Origin: Octopus vulgaris
Taxonomy: Eukaryota
Length of the DNA stretch: 64,000 nt
NCBI GenBank assembly: GCA_951406725.2
Contig: OX597821.1
Coordinates: forward strand, 78,058,001 to 78,122,000
Reading direction: 5' to 3'
The position numbers and the translations under genes were made by a program. This document shows positions 40,497 to 54,305 of the stretch, piece by piece. Below the pieces are notes generated by a model that was given only the letters and a program-made list of their open reading frames with translations, was not told where the DNA came from and did not search any database. Each line of letters opens with the position of its first letter. Positions within the stretch are counted from its first letter, which is position 1.

Positions 40497-40695
40497 CACA
40501 CACACTTATACATATACATGCTGCACAAATGATATGTTAATGGGAATCAAATACTTGTGCTGTACAATGTCACAGTAAACCACAAATAATCAGAGACCAG
40601 CGTGAAATGTGTTTTGGTCAAGAATAGAACGCATCAGTGGTTCGCAAGACACAATCTTGGAATCGCGAATGCAACGGCAACCATTAGTTCACGCG

Positions 40696-40748
<53 letters not shown>

Positions 40749-40919
40749 TCACCTTGTCCGATTCGTTTTCGTCACGACCTAAAAATCTGGAATATTTCCG
40801 TGCGTCTGATCTGTTTTCGACAATAAGAGCTGACCTTACTGAAAAGCAATAAGGTTCGACATTATCAATTCTGCCATCATATTTCTCTGTTAAAAAAAAG
40901 GCATATGAATGATCACATT

Positions 40920-41410
40920 CATACGTATGTCTGCATGTATGTATGTCTGTACCTACGTATTTATGTTTGTTTGTATGTATGTATGTATGTATGTATGTAT
41001 GTATGTATGTATGTATGTATGTATGTATGTATGTATGTATGTATGGTATGTATGTATATATGTATGTATGGTATGTATGTATGTATGTATGTATGGTATG
41101 TATGTTTGTATGTATGGTATGTATGTATGTATGTATGTATGTATGGTATGTATGCTTGTATGTATGGTATGTATGTATGTATGGTATATATGTATGTATG
41201 TATGTATGTATGGTATGTATGTTTGTATGTATGGTATGTATGTATGTATGTATGGTATGTATGTTTGTATGTATGGTATGTATGTATGTATGTATGGTAT
41301 GTATGTATGTATGTATGTATGTATGTATGGTATGTATGTTTGTATGTATGTATGTATGGTATGTATGTATGTATGTATATATGTTTGTATGTGTGTATGT
41401 GTGTATGCTT
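40920..41410. repeat. (TATG)n microsatellite array
   Basis: Direct inspection. Similar arrays at 21530-21830 and 27590-28165. Confidence 0.95.
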
Positions 41411-41666
41411 ACACACTCATATAATAAGAATAGTTAACAATACAAAATTACTTACCCGAAGCTGCACCCCTTGGTGAGTACTTCATCATACCATCGCATA
41501 ACAGAAGCCAATGCCTTTGAGTGGTAGTCCCGAATTTGTTTCTAATTTCAAAGCAAGGTTGACTGAAACTAACAAATATGAGAAATGAGAGTTTAAGCAT
41601 AATTCTATAAAGTTTATTATGAAGTCTTTTACGATTGTTCTTATGACTATCAGTTTTGCCACCTTT

Positions 41667-41742
<76 letters not shown>

Positions 41743-42034
41743 TACAAGTTGTAATATTACCGGTGGTATTGTATAAATGATATTACAGTTTCTAATGGGG
41801 TATATAATTTAGTCGAAAGGAGATTTACTTACATAAAGCCATTGCAAATATACATAATATGATCAGTAGGGTAGAACGTCATAGAAAGGGAAAAATGGTG
41901 TAATCACCAAAAATATGATGAAGTCAGACTAACTAGGCAGGGGTTTTCATATAGCACATCGCATACCACAACATATAGCTTATAACACATGCAATTTATA
42001 ACTCAATACCCCATGATTTTATTACATATAAAAC

Positions 42035-42600
42035 TCAATACCCCATGATTTTATTACATCTAATACTAGAGGGTAAGTTTACAACGGATACGACACCAAA
42101 ATTAATTTCCACCATTAAAGTTCGAGTTTGGCACCTATAATCACTAATTTCGAAAATATTTAATGTATGGGTGACGCTATGCACGCATAATACCCTTAGG
42201 TCTAATCTATTATTAATCAGGTTGTTCTTGACCCTATACTTAGAAATCTCATAAGTTTCTATAGAACACATCTGACACTCGTATCGACTATCTCTATAAG
42301 ACTGCGCTTTCCGTATTATATCCTATTTAAGACTAAATTCGATCCCGCTTTCCTTCAGTTCCCAAATCTTGCTACATCAGGACGTACAATTGGCTTTATG
42401 TTTGAAATATGGTTATTGATACGTTTTTTTCATATTTATCGAACATTCTATATATACAAAGTTACCAGCCTCAGTTATGATTGTACATTTATAAATTACG
42501 TTTTGGATTAGACATCGGCCTAATAACGGACAGTGAGATTTAACTCTACAGTTGCAACCAAGGGCATTACTACTATTAATATCACTGATATTCCTATTCC
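42035..42600 (-). mobile_element. PLE GIY-YIG endonuclease remnant (Cys-linker type)
   Basis: CNCRVKSHCPLLGRCLIQNVIYKC..YIE, then WELKESGIEF..CQMCSIE..LINNR. The upstream part (KTVRTSYSTFSSMSTIITKLNRK) lies beyond the Dong insertion at about 46230-46680. Confidence 0.8.
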
Positions 42601-42658
<58 letters not shown>

Positions 42659-42661
<3 letters not shown>

Positions 42662-45600
42662 TAGTCTTATTTTTATATCGTGCTTTAACTTCACTACCGA
42701 GCGCAGCTCTGTGTGCCTTGGGTATGAGCTGTGATATGTTGTGATGCTCTGATAGTTACTGTATTGAAAGGGTTTTGCGTAGTATGTGTGCAGTGCCCAG
42801 TAGTGCAATTTTCTGTATGTTATATGTGTTTGTAAGTCCTGGTGTTTTTGTTATGTATTTGTCTGAATATTTTTTTATCATACCTAATGCGCCTACTATG
42901 ATAGGAATTGTTTCTGTTTTTAGATTCTACATTCGAGTTACCTCTATTTCCAGGTCTTTGTATTTTGAAAGTTTCTCCATTTCTTTTAGAGACACATTGT
43001 CGTCTGTTGGTATTGATACATCAATTAGAAAGCATTTATTTTCTTCATGATCTCTGACAACTATATCTGGCCTATTGGCCTTAATTTCTTTATCTGTGTA
43101 TATTGGCATATCCCAGAGTATGGTTGCATTCTCGTTTTCTGTGACCTTTTCTGGTGTGTGCCTACACCATCTTTTTTCTGTTGTTATTCCATAATGTTGG
43201 CATAGCTTCCAGTGTATGTAGGTCTCAACACTGTCGTGTCTCTGAACATATTCCTTCTTAGCTAGGACTGGACAGCCAGAGATAATGATTTATTGTTTCT
43301 TGTCCATCTCCACATATTCTGCAGTTACTTGTTATGTTTCTTTTCATTATATGTTTTTCGTAATTTCTGTTGGGGAGGCTTTGGTCTTGTGCTGCAATTA
43401 AAAATCCCCCCGTCTCTGCTTTGAGTTCTGAGCGTCTCAACCTTTGATGGGATTTTTCTTTGTCTATTTCTTTTGCATTCAGTTTAGTCCAGTATTTGCC
43501 ATGAAGGGGCTTTTCTTGCCATCGTTTTATCATGGTCCGTTGCTGTTCTAGTTTTAGTTTGGATTTCATTTGTTTTATAGCTTTTGTTGTTTCTTCTTCT
43601 TCTTCTTCTTCTTCTTCTTCTTCTTCTTCTTCTTCTTCTTCTTCTCCTTCTTTTTTTTTCTTCTTCTTCTACTTCTTCTTTTTCTTCTTCTTCTTCTTCT
43701 TCTTCTTCTTCTTCTTCTTCTTTTCTTCTTCTTCTTCTTCTTCTTCTTCTTCTTCTTCTTCTTCTTCTCTTCTTCTTCTTCTTCTTCTTCTTCTTCTTCT
43801 TCTTCTTCTTCTTCTTCTTCTTCTTCTTCTTCTTCTTCTTCTTCTTCTTCTTCTTCTTCTTCTTCTTCTTCTTCTTCTTCTTCTTCTTCTTCTTCTTCTT
43901 CTTCTTCTTCTTCTTCTTCTTCTTCTTCTTCTTCATCTTCTTCTTCTTCTTTTTTTTTCTTCTTCTTCTTCTTCTTCTTCTTTTCTTCTTCTTCTTCTTC
44001 TTCTTCTTCTTCTTCTTCTTCTTCTTCTTCTTCTTCTTCTTCTTCTTCTTCTTCTTCTTCTTCTTCTTCTTTTTCTTCTTCTTCTTCTTCTTCTTCTTCT
44101 TCTTCTTCTTCTTCTTCTTCTTCTTCTTCTTCTTCTCTTCTTCTTCTTCTTCTTCTTCTTCTTCTTCTTCTTCTTCTTCTTCTTCTTCTTCTTCTTCTTC
44201 TTCTTCTTCTTCTTTTTCTTCTTCTTCTTCTTCTTCTTCTTCTTCTTCTTCTTCTTCTTCTTCTTCTTCTTCTTCTTCTTCTTCTTCTTCTTCTTCTTCT
44301 TCATATTTGTTAGGTGGTATGATTTCTTGTTTGTATTTGTCAGCTTCCTTAAATACTGAGAACAGTTTTTTTTGTTTTGCTCGTGTTTTGCCGCTATTTG
44401 TATCAGTTTTCCTTGCCTCTGAAGTAGATATTTTTGCAGTCCTATGGTGGTTATTTTATAATAGTTTTCCAGCTGTATAAGGCATCTACCGCCTTCTATA
44501 CGTTGTATTTATAGCCTTTCTATGTTAGATTTTGGGTGGAACATCCTAGATCCTGTCATTATTTTTCTTGTTTTCCTATCTATTTTGGTTAGTTCATTTA
44601 GCTTCCAGTTAAGGATATTGTAGCTGTAACTAATAACTGGGACAGCTAAAGTGTTAATACCTATTATCTTGTTTTTAGCATTGAGCTCTGTTTTTAGTAT
44701 TGATCTAACTCGTCTAAAGTATTCTTTCTTTATTTTCTCTTTCATTTGTGTGAGTTGGATCATATCTAGTTCGTGGATTCCTAAATATTTGTAAGTTTGG
44801 CTTTGGTCTAATTCTCTCATTTCATTGGCTTTATCCAGTGTGATGTTGCTACTTTTAACTAGCATCCTCTCTTTTCAGGGTTACTTTGGCGCATTTTTCT
44901 AATCAAAATTTCATATCTATTTCTTTGGTAAATCCATGAACTGTCTGTAGTAGTGTTTCCAGCTGTTTATCATTTGTAGCGTATAGTTTTAGGTCATCCA
45001 CATAGAAAAGTTGGCTGATCGTTTTGCCGTAACATTTGTATCCGCATCCAGTTCTATTTAGCATATCAGATAGAGGTGTCAGTGCCAAGCAGAAAAGGAG
45101 TGGAGAGAGCGTGTCTCACTGGAATATTCCTCTTCTAATGGGGATGGCTTTGGTTTTCATGAGTCCCTCTTTTGTTTGGAGCTGTAGCACTATCTGCCAT
45201 TTATTCATAGTGTCGTATGTATTATATAATTGTTGGCACTACCCTGTTAATGGCTAGTGTTTCGAGGATCCACGTGTAGGGAATGCTATCAAACGCCTTT
45301 CGGTAGCCGATCAAGGCCATACTGAGGCCTTTCTTCTTTCTGCGGCTGTCTTCAGTTATGGCTTTATTGATCATTAGTTGATCTTTACAGCCATATGAGC
45401 CCCTGCGGCATCCTTTCTGCTCTTCTGGAAACAGGTTGTTTTTGTCCAGGTGCTTGTTCAATCTTTGCGATATTACTGCAGTAAAGGCTTTGTACATTGT
45501 AGGGAGACAGGTTATAGGTCAGTAGTCTTGTGGTTTTACCGTTTCATTGGATTTGTGGATTAAGATGGTTTTCTCTTTCGTGAGCCATTCAGGCATTGTC

Positions 45601-46170
45601 TCTTGCTCTGCCAATTTGTCGTTAAAGTTTTCAGCCAGCTTTTTGTGCATTCCTATAAGATATTTCAACCAGAAGTTGGGGATCTTGTCGTGCCGTGGTG
45701 CCTTTTCAATTGCTTAGTCTTTGCAGTGCCTGGGTAATCTCTTCAGTTGTTATGGGGGTCCAAAGTTGTTCAGATGCTAAGTTTGTTGTTTTAATACCCT
45801 TTTTCTGTAGTTGTTCATTCGTCGACCATATTTCTTTCCAGAATTCTTCCACTTTTGCCGTTGGTGTTGCAGTGATGTCTATTTTATTTTTTCCAAGTTC
45901 TTGGTAGAACGTTTTGGGGTTGGAGTTGAACTGTTTGTTTTGTTCAAAGAAACGTTGGCGTTTCTCATACCGGTGCATCCTTTGTGCTTTGGCAAGGATA
46001 TCTTGCATTAGCTTTTCTTTAATCTCAGGTGAATCTTTTTCTGTGATGTTGCATTTGCACCGTATTTTTGTTTTCTTTTTGTTGCTTAGTAGCGTTGATT
46101 GTCTATTAATTTCGTTAAGAATCGACAGATCTTTCCTCATGTTTTGTATTTTTTTGGATGTTATTTATGT
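42659..46170 (-). mobile_element. Dong/R4-clade non-LTR retrotransposon, degenerate copy
   Basis: RT (EEQKGC, KAFDSIP, YVDDLKLY), CRICG zinc knuckle and RPDIVV..IDVS restriction-like endonuclease. The 3' end abuts (AAT)n. Confidence 0.92.
43591..44302. repeat. 712-bp (GAA/TTC)n tract inside the Dong ORF
   Basis: Direct inspection. The same position is (GAA)31 in the copy at 57890-57982. Confidence 0.95.
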
Positions 46171-46221
<51 letters not shown>

Positions 46222-47127
46222 TATTATTATTATTATTCCTAGTGCTAATATCGTGTGTGTTATTTTTATTTCTGTTATTATTTATACTTCCTTTAACTGT
46301 GGTATCATTTAATTTAATCTCAGCATCAACAGGCATTGTGTCAGTAATCCCTGTGCTAGTATAAACCTCGGAGTTACAGTCTATATTGTACATCTTAGAT
46401 GTGTTAGTACTGTTGTTTCTAAATCCTACATCACCATTAACATTGTTCTCATTGTAGAGGTTTTTAGCTAGTGTTGACAGTAATATTATTATTATTATTA
46501 ACTCTTCTTGCCGATTTTATATTCTTTCTATTTAACTTGGTTATGATGGTACTCATACTGGAGAAGGTAGAATACGAGGTTCTAACTGTTTTACAGGGAA
46601 AATTCTGTTATATCTATGTGAAGCAGGGAAGTTTTTCTATGAATTCTTATTTTGTTTTCTTACTTTGATATCCTTACCTATTAACCTCTTATCCCCTATA
46701 AGTTGTTACTGTTCTTAAATAGATATTTTTCAGTTACTTAGGTCTATGCGAGATGGCTATACTATATCCATGTAAACGTATAAATATTTGTATATGTGTA
46801 TATATGCATATATGTGCAGAACCTATTAAACTCTTATCCCTTATAAATTCTTGTCTTTCTTCTTCATAAATAGATAATTTTCATTGCTTAAGTCTATGCG
46901 AGATGGTTATGCTATATTCATATAAATGCATATTTGTGTATGTGTACATGCGTGCGGATAGATAAATACAAGCTATGACCCCAGTGGGCTTCATGCCTTT
47001 CCTGGGAGTGTAGTCTATTCTTAGCTACAATAGCGACAACATGAATTTCTTCCATCTTCTTGCACTGTTAACGTATTTGAGAAAAATTATATTAATGTGT
47101 CCAACTGATTAAAATTCTATTCATTTG

Positions 47128-47213
47128 TGCAGCTGATGATAGCTTTGCATATAAATTGATGTAATGCTTGCATTGTTCAATTAAATGGAGTCGCTCGAAA
47201 CGGTCGTACTGCA
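47128..47213 (+). ncRNA. Hammerhead ribozyme, intact core, long stem II
   Basis: UGCAG CUGAUGA UAGC...GCUC GAAACGGUCGUA CUGCA. A partial second copy lies at about 48121-48200. Confidence 0.75.
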
Positions 47214-47415
47214 TCACTTCTTGATATCCAGTTGCTTATTTTGCTTTTATTCTCCTTCGAACTGTGTGGATAATACCGGACTGATTTGGCGCTCAAATTT
47301 AAATACATAATTCAACTGAAATTCAGTTATTTCTTATACATACATACATACATACATACATACATACATACACACACATGTATATTTATATATATATATA
47401 TATACATACATATAT

Positions 47416-47450
<35 letters not shown>

Positions 47451-47675
47451 ATAGAAATATTAAAATTACTAAGTCTCTCTAAAGGAGATTACGGCAGCGT
47501 TACTGGAAATTAATAGTTATCGCCATACTAATATGGCAGTCTTATAAATATAAGACTAAAGCTGTAATTTTAATATTTCTATTATTGAAAACAAGTCGAT
47601 GTATTCCACTGAAACTAGGTAAATAGATTCTTCGAACAGGGACAGTCAGTAGCGACACCTGCTGGGTCTGACTAC

Positions 47676-47718
47676 GCTGCATTGATAAAGGGCAAATACC
47701 CTGAAACATGTCTGCAGC
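47676..47718 (+). ncRNA. Hammerhead ribozyme with compensatory U3-A8 core
   Basis: GCUGCA UUGAUAA AGGG caaaua CCCU GAAACAUGUC UGCAGC, inside a (TA)n-flanked element (about 47450-47890) with inverted repeats at 47510-47563 and 47835-47888. Confidence 0.75.
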
Positions 47719-47884
47719 TGTCTGACTGGCAGGATGAAGCGGCTGACCTCCCCTGTTCGAAGGTTTATAGTGGACCCAGGTTGTGTGTCAAATAGCTAGC
47801 TTGAGGCGATGGCCTCATGGAGATAATCAGCAACAGCTTTAGTCTTATATTTATAAGACTGCCATATTAGTATGGCGATAACTA

Positions 47885-47925
<41 letters not shown>

Positions 47926-48349
47926 CAAAAATGGGACAAAAGTGCAAAACATCCAGACAGACGATACCAAGAAAAAAAGGACGGGACATTCGGAGTTTTC
48001 TATCCTCAGTCGAGTTCCAGATTATCTTTGCAATTTCCGCTGGGTATACTCGAGATTACTCCAATCTGGCCAGCCCCATGAAAAAACTAAGCTAAGGGCA
48101 CTAGATTCCTTGGAAGAAAGCATATGAATTGATGTAATGATTGCATTGTTCAATTAAATGGAGTCGCTTGAAACAGTCGTATTGCATCACTTCTTGATAT
48201 CCTGTTTCTTATTTTGATTATATACATATCAATGTCTATTGAAAAGGTTGCAAATTGCAATAATAAATGAGTGGAAACTGAATCGCTGAGTGTGTTAAAT
48301 AAGACACTAAAAGAGAATGACTCTCCACCAGGCACAACAATATATATAA

Positions 48350-48434
<85 letters not shown>

Positions 48435-48994
48435 GTATCTATAGTTATATATTATTTGTATTATAATATATGCTCCATTTAGAGCACCTAAACCTAAACA
48501 ATTGACTGGAAAAGATGGGCGAACGACTGGGAATCGAACACATCAACATTTACATGGCTCTGTGCGCACTAATTCAAACATATAGCCCATAGTTGTTATT
48601 GAAAAGGTGCTATGTGGGTCGCTCTTCTCTGATTTACAACCTTCGGGTATGTTTACAACTTTATATATATATATATATACGCGTGTGTGTTTATATGTAT
48701 ATGTATGTATCTGTGTGTGTGAGGGAGTGTGGTGTGTTACGAATACTTAGGTGGCAAGCTGGCAGAATATTTAGACATCCACTAATCCCTTACACAATTT
48801 ATTCCCTTCTCTCAAAATCGCTGACCTTGTGCATAAGACAGAAGCAATTATTGCAATCATTTATATAAAGGATGAATTTCTCGTGGTTGCTTGGTTTCTG
48901 TCCTCAGTTTTGAGTGTGACTTAGTGAAATCATTTATCATCAAATCATTGTGTTACTTAAAAAAAACGTAAGAAAGAAACAGGATAATATATAC

Positions 48995-49149
48995 TCATTA
49001 TTGAAAAGGAATTCCTCTTTGTCATTAAAAAACCATGTGCCTGGAGAAATAACTTTATCTACCTCGAACCACGATGAAGCATTCGACCCCGTTCCATTGA
49101 AAGATAAACGTTGAACAACATCGTAATTGTCTCTCAGATTTAATCTCAC
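48995..49149 (-). CDS. Internal exon of the secreted PAN-domain gene
   Basis: ttgcag|GTG (phase 0). Encodes VRLNLRDNYDVVQRLSFNGTGSNASSWFEVDKVISPGTW...FLFNN. Donor GA|gtatat. Confidence 0.7.
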
Positions 49150-49359
49150 CTGCAAGTAGAAAGGAAAGGAGGATTAGGGAATAATCTGAGATAAAGGGGA
49201 CGGGAGAGAGAGAAAGAGAAGGAGAGAGAGAGGGAGAGAGGACGCAAATAGAAGACACGGATAAAGAGTGAGAGAGTGTGAGTGAGTGTGGATACATAAA
49301 GAAAAAGAGAGTGAGGGTAGAGGAGAAAGTGACAGAAGAGATAGAGAGGGAGAGAAAGG

Positions 49360-50940
49360 TGAAGAAGGAAAACGGTAGAGAGAGCAACTGTTCGACCTTA
49401 GCTCCACAAATCAATGATGCTCGTGCAGGACAGTTTCGTTGCTCTGCTCGCATCTCGGACAGGTATGACTTATGGCACTACCATACCCGAAGAGTTCATC
49501 TCAACCCAGCAATGCCGATCTAGTACCACTTACCACTGCCATAACAGACATCTTTGTATATTATCCATAGACTCTGGCCCGAAAGTCCTCCGGTACAGAG
49601 CAGCCAGTGGATTCCCATCAGAAGTTCTCTGATGACGACATCGCTCTTACACCTCACTAATCCTCTATGGAATGCGACAAAGTAACATCCACCACCGACT
49701 GCGTTGCTTTACTGGCAGAGAGATGCAAGCATCTGAGGACTCTCCAGCTGTCAGGCGCCCAGACTCGGTTAACGTTTCATCTAGTACTGCAGCACTCACA
49801 GAGAGACTAGCAGCAGAAAAGTGTGTCTAACAAACGGCAACTATACCTGCTCCCCGCCACAGAAACACTGGAGATGCCCTAGCCTCATTGCATGTCTGCA
49901 AGTCATCAGCCATGGTATGCCCAGTCCTCCACTCAGCTGATGTAGACAGCAAATGGACTGCATGAGCAGTAGAATGCGTCCTTTCCATAGAAAGCTGAAG
50001 AATTAGCACACCATTTTCACCATCCACAAAGCAGAGGAAACCACAACAGAGGGTAGTAAATTATAGACACGATGAGAGCATTTGCCACCCACACCACATA
50101 CTGGGCAAGTGGATATGGTGTTGAAACACCCCGCCCTTCGGTCTGATGTGGAGAAGGATATCCTTTGTGCTTCTATTCTGAAGGCATGGCCTATCATGTA
50201 AGTCATGTCCAGCTCCACCGATTTCTTTTCTGAGTCTAGGAAAATGGTCCGTATTCAGAGATCAAGACCTTTCCGAAACAACGCAACAACTCCATCATCC
50301 ATTCCCGGAAGTTTTGTAGATGCATACAGTTCGTAGTCACCGAAGATGGGTACAAATGCTCGTGCCACGGAAATTCTGGTCACGCCGATAGCCACCGCAT
50401 CGATATCTAGTAACTTGACATCATTGAGCAGGCGTCTCTACATCCAAGGCGACTCCAGATTATATGCATTTACATCGCCTATTATGTGATGGTCTGTCTG
50501 TTTCTGTGTCTTGTCGTCTAGTCTCTTCCTGTTTTGTCTGCTGCAGCATTTTCGATTTTCCATTTTTTAAATCTCTTTTCCTTTACAAGTATCTATTCTA
50601 GTTGTCACTCCCAAACTAAGTTCGTCATGAGTCGAGTTTTCAATTTCAGAGAAATCTGTGAGAAGTGTAATGGATATTTTGCGCATTCTTGTATTATTTC
50701 TGTGTCGGGAGTTTGACTGAGTGAAGTTTCTTTGGATGGTGGCGCTGTACGTCATATTCTTCTTTTCCTTGGAAGTGGCATTGCTGTCTGCTGCCGATAT
50801 TGTTGACTTTTTATCTCGTTCTTTTAGTGCATCCGTTGTTGATATATTTATATTGTTGCTTTTCGGACGGCTGCAGTTGATGCTGCAACTCTTGTTGCTG
50901 ATGCTGCTGTTATGGTGAAGTTGATAAAAACAGAGGCTGG
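49360..50940 (-). mobile_element. Decayed Tx1/L1-like LINE (ORF1 end and APE endonuclease)
   Basis: The reverse frame near 50480 reads IGDVNA..RRLLNDVKLLDIDAVAI..TR..GVVALFRKGLDL. Many stops. Confidence 0.55.
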
Positions 50941-51566
50941 AGGATTCCTCATTCTTTCATTTTGTATGTGTGCACCGGACATAAAGCTTTTAGATGGTTT
51001 GTATCTCCACCATGTGGCTTCTCGTCAGTCTGACCTCAGCTGCTACGAAAAGTTGCATTTACTACAGAAAAAGATGCATTCAACTGGCGTAGTAGTAATC
51101 TACTACAGCACTAAGATTTCTGATATGTGTTTTTCTGTGCAATGAAAACTAAATTGTCCCTTTTTTTTTGTACTTAAAATATCTGTGTTGTCCCAACTTA
51201 GAAGCCCTAAATTTCCTTTCCATAGGTTTTGGTATGAGACACTTCTCTCATAAAATCTTTCAAACCCTCACTTCACTCTTTCAACGCTTTCACCATTTTC
51301 TTCAAGTTTTCGCGGTAAGGCCTTTGTATTTTGAAGCACACTTTCACAATTTTTCTTCTATATTTCTAATCAGATATTCTCAACGAGAATACGCTCCTTC
51401 TCTCCTTCCCACTGCCTATCTCTCTTACGCACACACATGCACACGCACACACACACACACACACATTTATGTGTATGTTATCTATCAGTCTATATATATA
51501 TCTATCTATCTTTATATGTATGCATACAGGCACGCATACACACACACACACATACGTACATATATG

Positions 51567-52660
51567 TACGAGGGTCGGCTGAGATACTCTCATGGAATGT
51601 GACCAAATGAAGTCTGTTTTTCAATATAGTGCCCCTTGCAGATCACGTACTCCTTCAATCGGTGTTAGTCAGTTTTCCTGGGTTTTTGGTCTCGATAGCC
51701 TTTCGTAACTGCCTCAGCAAATTGGCATAGTACTCTCCCTATAATGCTCCATGCAGTCCGTCCACATACTCCTTCAATCAGTGTTGCAATGTTTGGATCC
51801 CAATGATGAAGAACCTTTCATCCTGCTGGTCAAAAACGTCATCAGCAGCAGATACGAGATCATCATCACTGTGATGCTGGCATCCAGCCAAGTGTTTTTG
51901 CACGTTGGGGGAACAAATGATAGTGAAATAAGGCCTAATCAGAAGAATAGGGACTGTGATCAAGCAATTCAAAATCTACAGCCACGCCCAATAGCCATTG
52001 AAATCAAGGACTTGTATGTTGGAGAGTTTTCCTAATGCAACAAGATCCCTCTGGTCAGTTTTCTTGGGCCTTTGTTCTTGATTGCCTTTCGTAAGTGCCT
52101 CAGCAAGTTGGCATAATACTTTCCATTGATAATTTGGCCCATTTGAAGATAGTCAATAAACACAATACTTTTGCAGTCCCCACAACTAAGGCTGTCACGT
52201 CCTCCGCAGATGAAACAACTTCGACCTTCTTTGGAGCAGGCGAAGAAGGGCACTTCCACTGCATTCATTCTCTTCGTCTCTGGATCAAAGTGATGAAACC
52301 AACACTCATCCCGTGTTAGAAATTACTCAGGGAAATCAGCTGAATCTGCTTCAAACAATGTCAGATTTTCCCATGATGTGATCGACCTGTTGTGCTTTTG
52401 ATCAGGTAAGTGAAGACTTGGCACCCGCCGAGCAGAGGCGTTCGTCGTGCCGAGTTCATTGTGCAGAATATTCTGAACATACAAGACATGTAAGGATAAT
52501 AGCATTGACTATTTGAATAGAAATCAACCGCCTGCCATCCATCATCATGTTTTCCTCGGTGCTGGCAGGTGCAGGACGTCCAGACTTTGGGCCCTCTCCG
52601 TTCCACTCTTAAATTCTGCTAGTCACTTTTACACCGTTGATAATGTTGGAGATTCCGTTA
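51567..52660 (-). mobile_element. Decayed mariner
   Basis: TIR-like tacgagggtcggctga. Remnants SARRVP, FLTRDECWFHHFDPETK and IVFIDYLQMGQIINGKYYANLL. Confidence 0.8.
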
Positions 52661-52890
52661 AATAGTTAACCCATTGTGAAATACATAATAAGTAAGTGAA
52701 ATAGAACCAGGTCATGTGTTTTTAATTGGTCATCGAAGTGGCTGTGTGGTAAGTAGCTTGCTAACAAACCACATGGTTCCGGATTCAGTCCCACTGCGTG
52801 ACACTTGGTCAAGTGTCTTCTACTATAGGCTAGGGCCGACCAAAGCCTTGTGAGTGTATTTGGTAGACGGAAACTGCAAGAAGCCCGTCG

Positions 52891-52921
<31 letters not shown>

Positions 52922-53325
52922 GTATCTGTATGTGTGTGTGTGTGTGTATATGTTTGTGTGTCTGTGTTTGTCCCCCCAAACATCGCGTGACAACCGATGC
53001 TGGTGTGTTTACGTCCCCGTAACTTAGCGGTTCGGCAAAAGACGCCGATAGAATAAGTACTAAGCTTACAAAGAATAAGTCCTGGGGTCGATTTGCTCGA
53101 CTAAAGGCGGTGCTCCAGCATGGCCACAGTCAAACGATGAAACAAGTAAAAGAGTAAAAGAATAAATAATGACACTCCTTGAGATACACCGAAACTCTGA
53201 TTCTACCCACGAATTTACATCAGGAATCTTAGAAACCAAATTCAAAAGAAGCAGGCGATCTTTGTGTTATTTTGTTTACCTTTTTTACAAGACAATCATT
53301 TAAGAAAAACTGAAAATTGTCTTAC

Positions 53326-53420
53326 CTCTTTAATAGGCAAACTGTCCCAATACAGATAAAGAGGATTTTTTGTAAAGCTATCTGCAGTTATTTCAAACAT
53401 GTTCACATAATTATCTGGAC
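53326..53420 (-). CDS. Internal exon of the secreted PAN-domain gene
   Basis: cacag|GT (phase 1). Encodes GPDNYVNMFEITADSFTKNPLYLYWDSLPIKE. Donor GAG|gtaag (phase 0) joins 49149 in frame. Confidence 0.65.
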
Positions 53421-53925
53421 CTGTGTGAAGGATAAATTATTAACGAATGTTTTAGTTGTAAGATTACAAACAAGGCTTTAAGCTAACATTTCATATTTTA
53501 GAGAAAGAGTTACGAATAAAAAGTCTAATTGATAAATATCATGGGAATAGAAGTCCTTAATTAATATTAGAAAAATGATATCTCTTAATGAATAATTCAT
53601 ATATGCCATCTACCTGAAAAACAGTTTAGGTAGTGTTGGGCATAGGAAAAATAAAAAAAAACTAAGAATATTAATATGTAGTAGTATAATTCTAATTTAT
53701 TTCGTCAAATAGAGGAGATAATAACTAACATGCTTCTGTTTTATTACGTCCTCGTCAGTGGGGTATTGACTTCCATGTACTTTCTGAAGTGGCGGTTGGA
53801 GAATTGCTACGTAAATATACAAGAATGTACCCTTCTTAGTGTAGAAACCTAACAGTTTTTCAGAGAATAAATTATCCAGAGAAGATATCTATCTACAAAA
53901 GATTTTATTTAGTCAGACTGAATAC

Positions 53926-53987
53926 CGTTTTGCTGGTTACGGTCAAGCTGGAGCCATGCTATGACACAATCTGGTAGTGTTTCATTG
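53926..53987 (-). CDS. Probable small exon of the PAN-domain gene
   Basis: tttaag|C (phase 2). Encodes NETLPDCVIAWLQLDRNQQN. Donor G|gtattc (phase 1) is compatible with 53420. Confidence 0.4.
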
Positions 53988-54305
53988 CTTAAAAGCAGTT
54001 TTGTTATGAGAATAGATATATTGAAGAATTGATTTTGTCACTTTAATGTCTATAAGAATTAATTGTTATACGAACAGTTTTTGTAATTATTTTTCGATTA
54101 AGACCGTAAGGTGTTTTAATCGTCTCAGTAAGTTCATTTAAAAAGACTGATAGAGGAATATTTACACCACTTACATTTCTCATAACTTGTCCTTCAGTAA
54201 AATTTCCCTTTTAGTTGGAGAGGGAGCAAACAAAAACCTACTGTTACCATTCCGTGACTTTGAAAGGAAAATGGAGATAATTTCAGAAATTAAAAATTTA
54301 TTCAC

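Noticed and set aside
43484-44480. Long poly-K/R/E/S/F/L ORFs
   Set aside because: They are reading frames of the (GAA)n expansion.
46676-46950. Diverged tandem duplication of about 145 bp
   Set aside because: No recognisable motif; probably an old local duplication at a PLE end.
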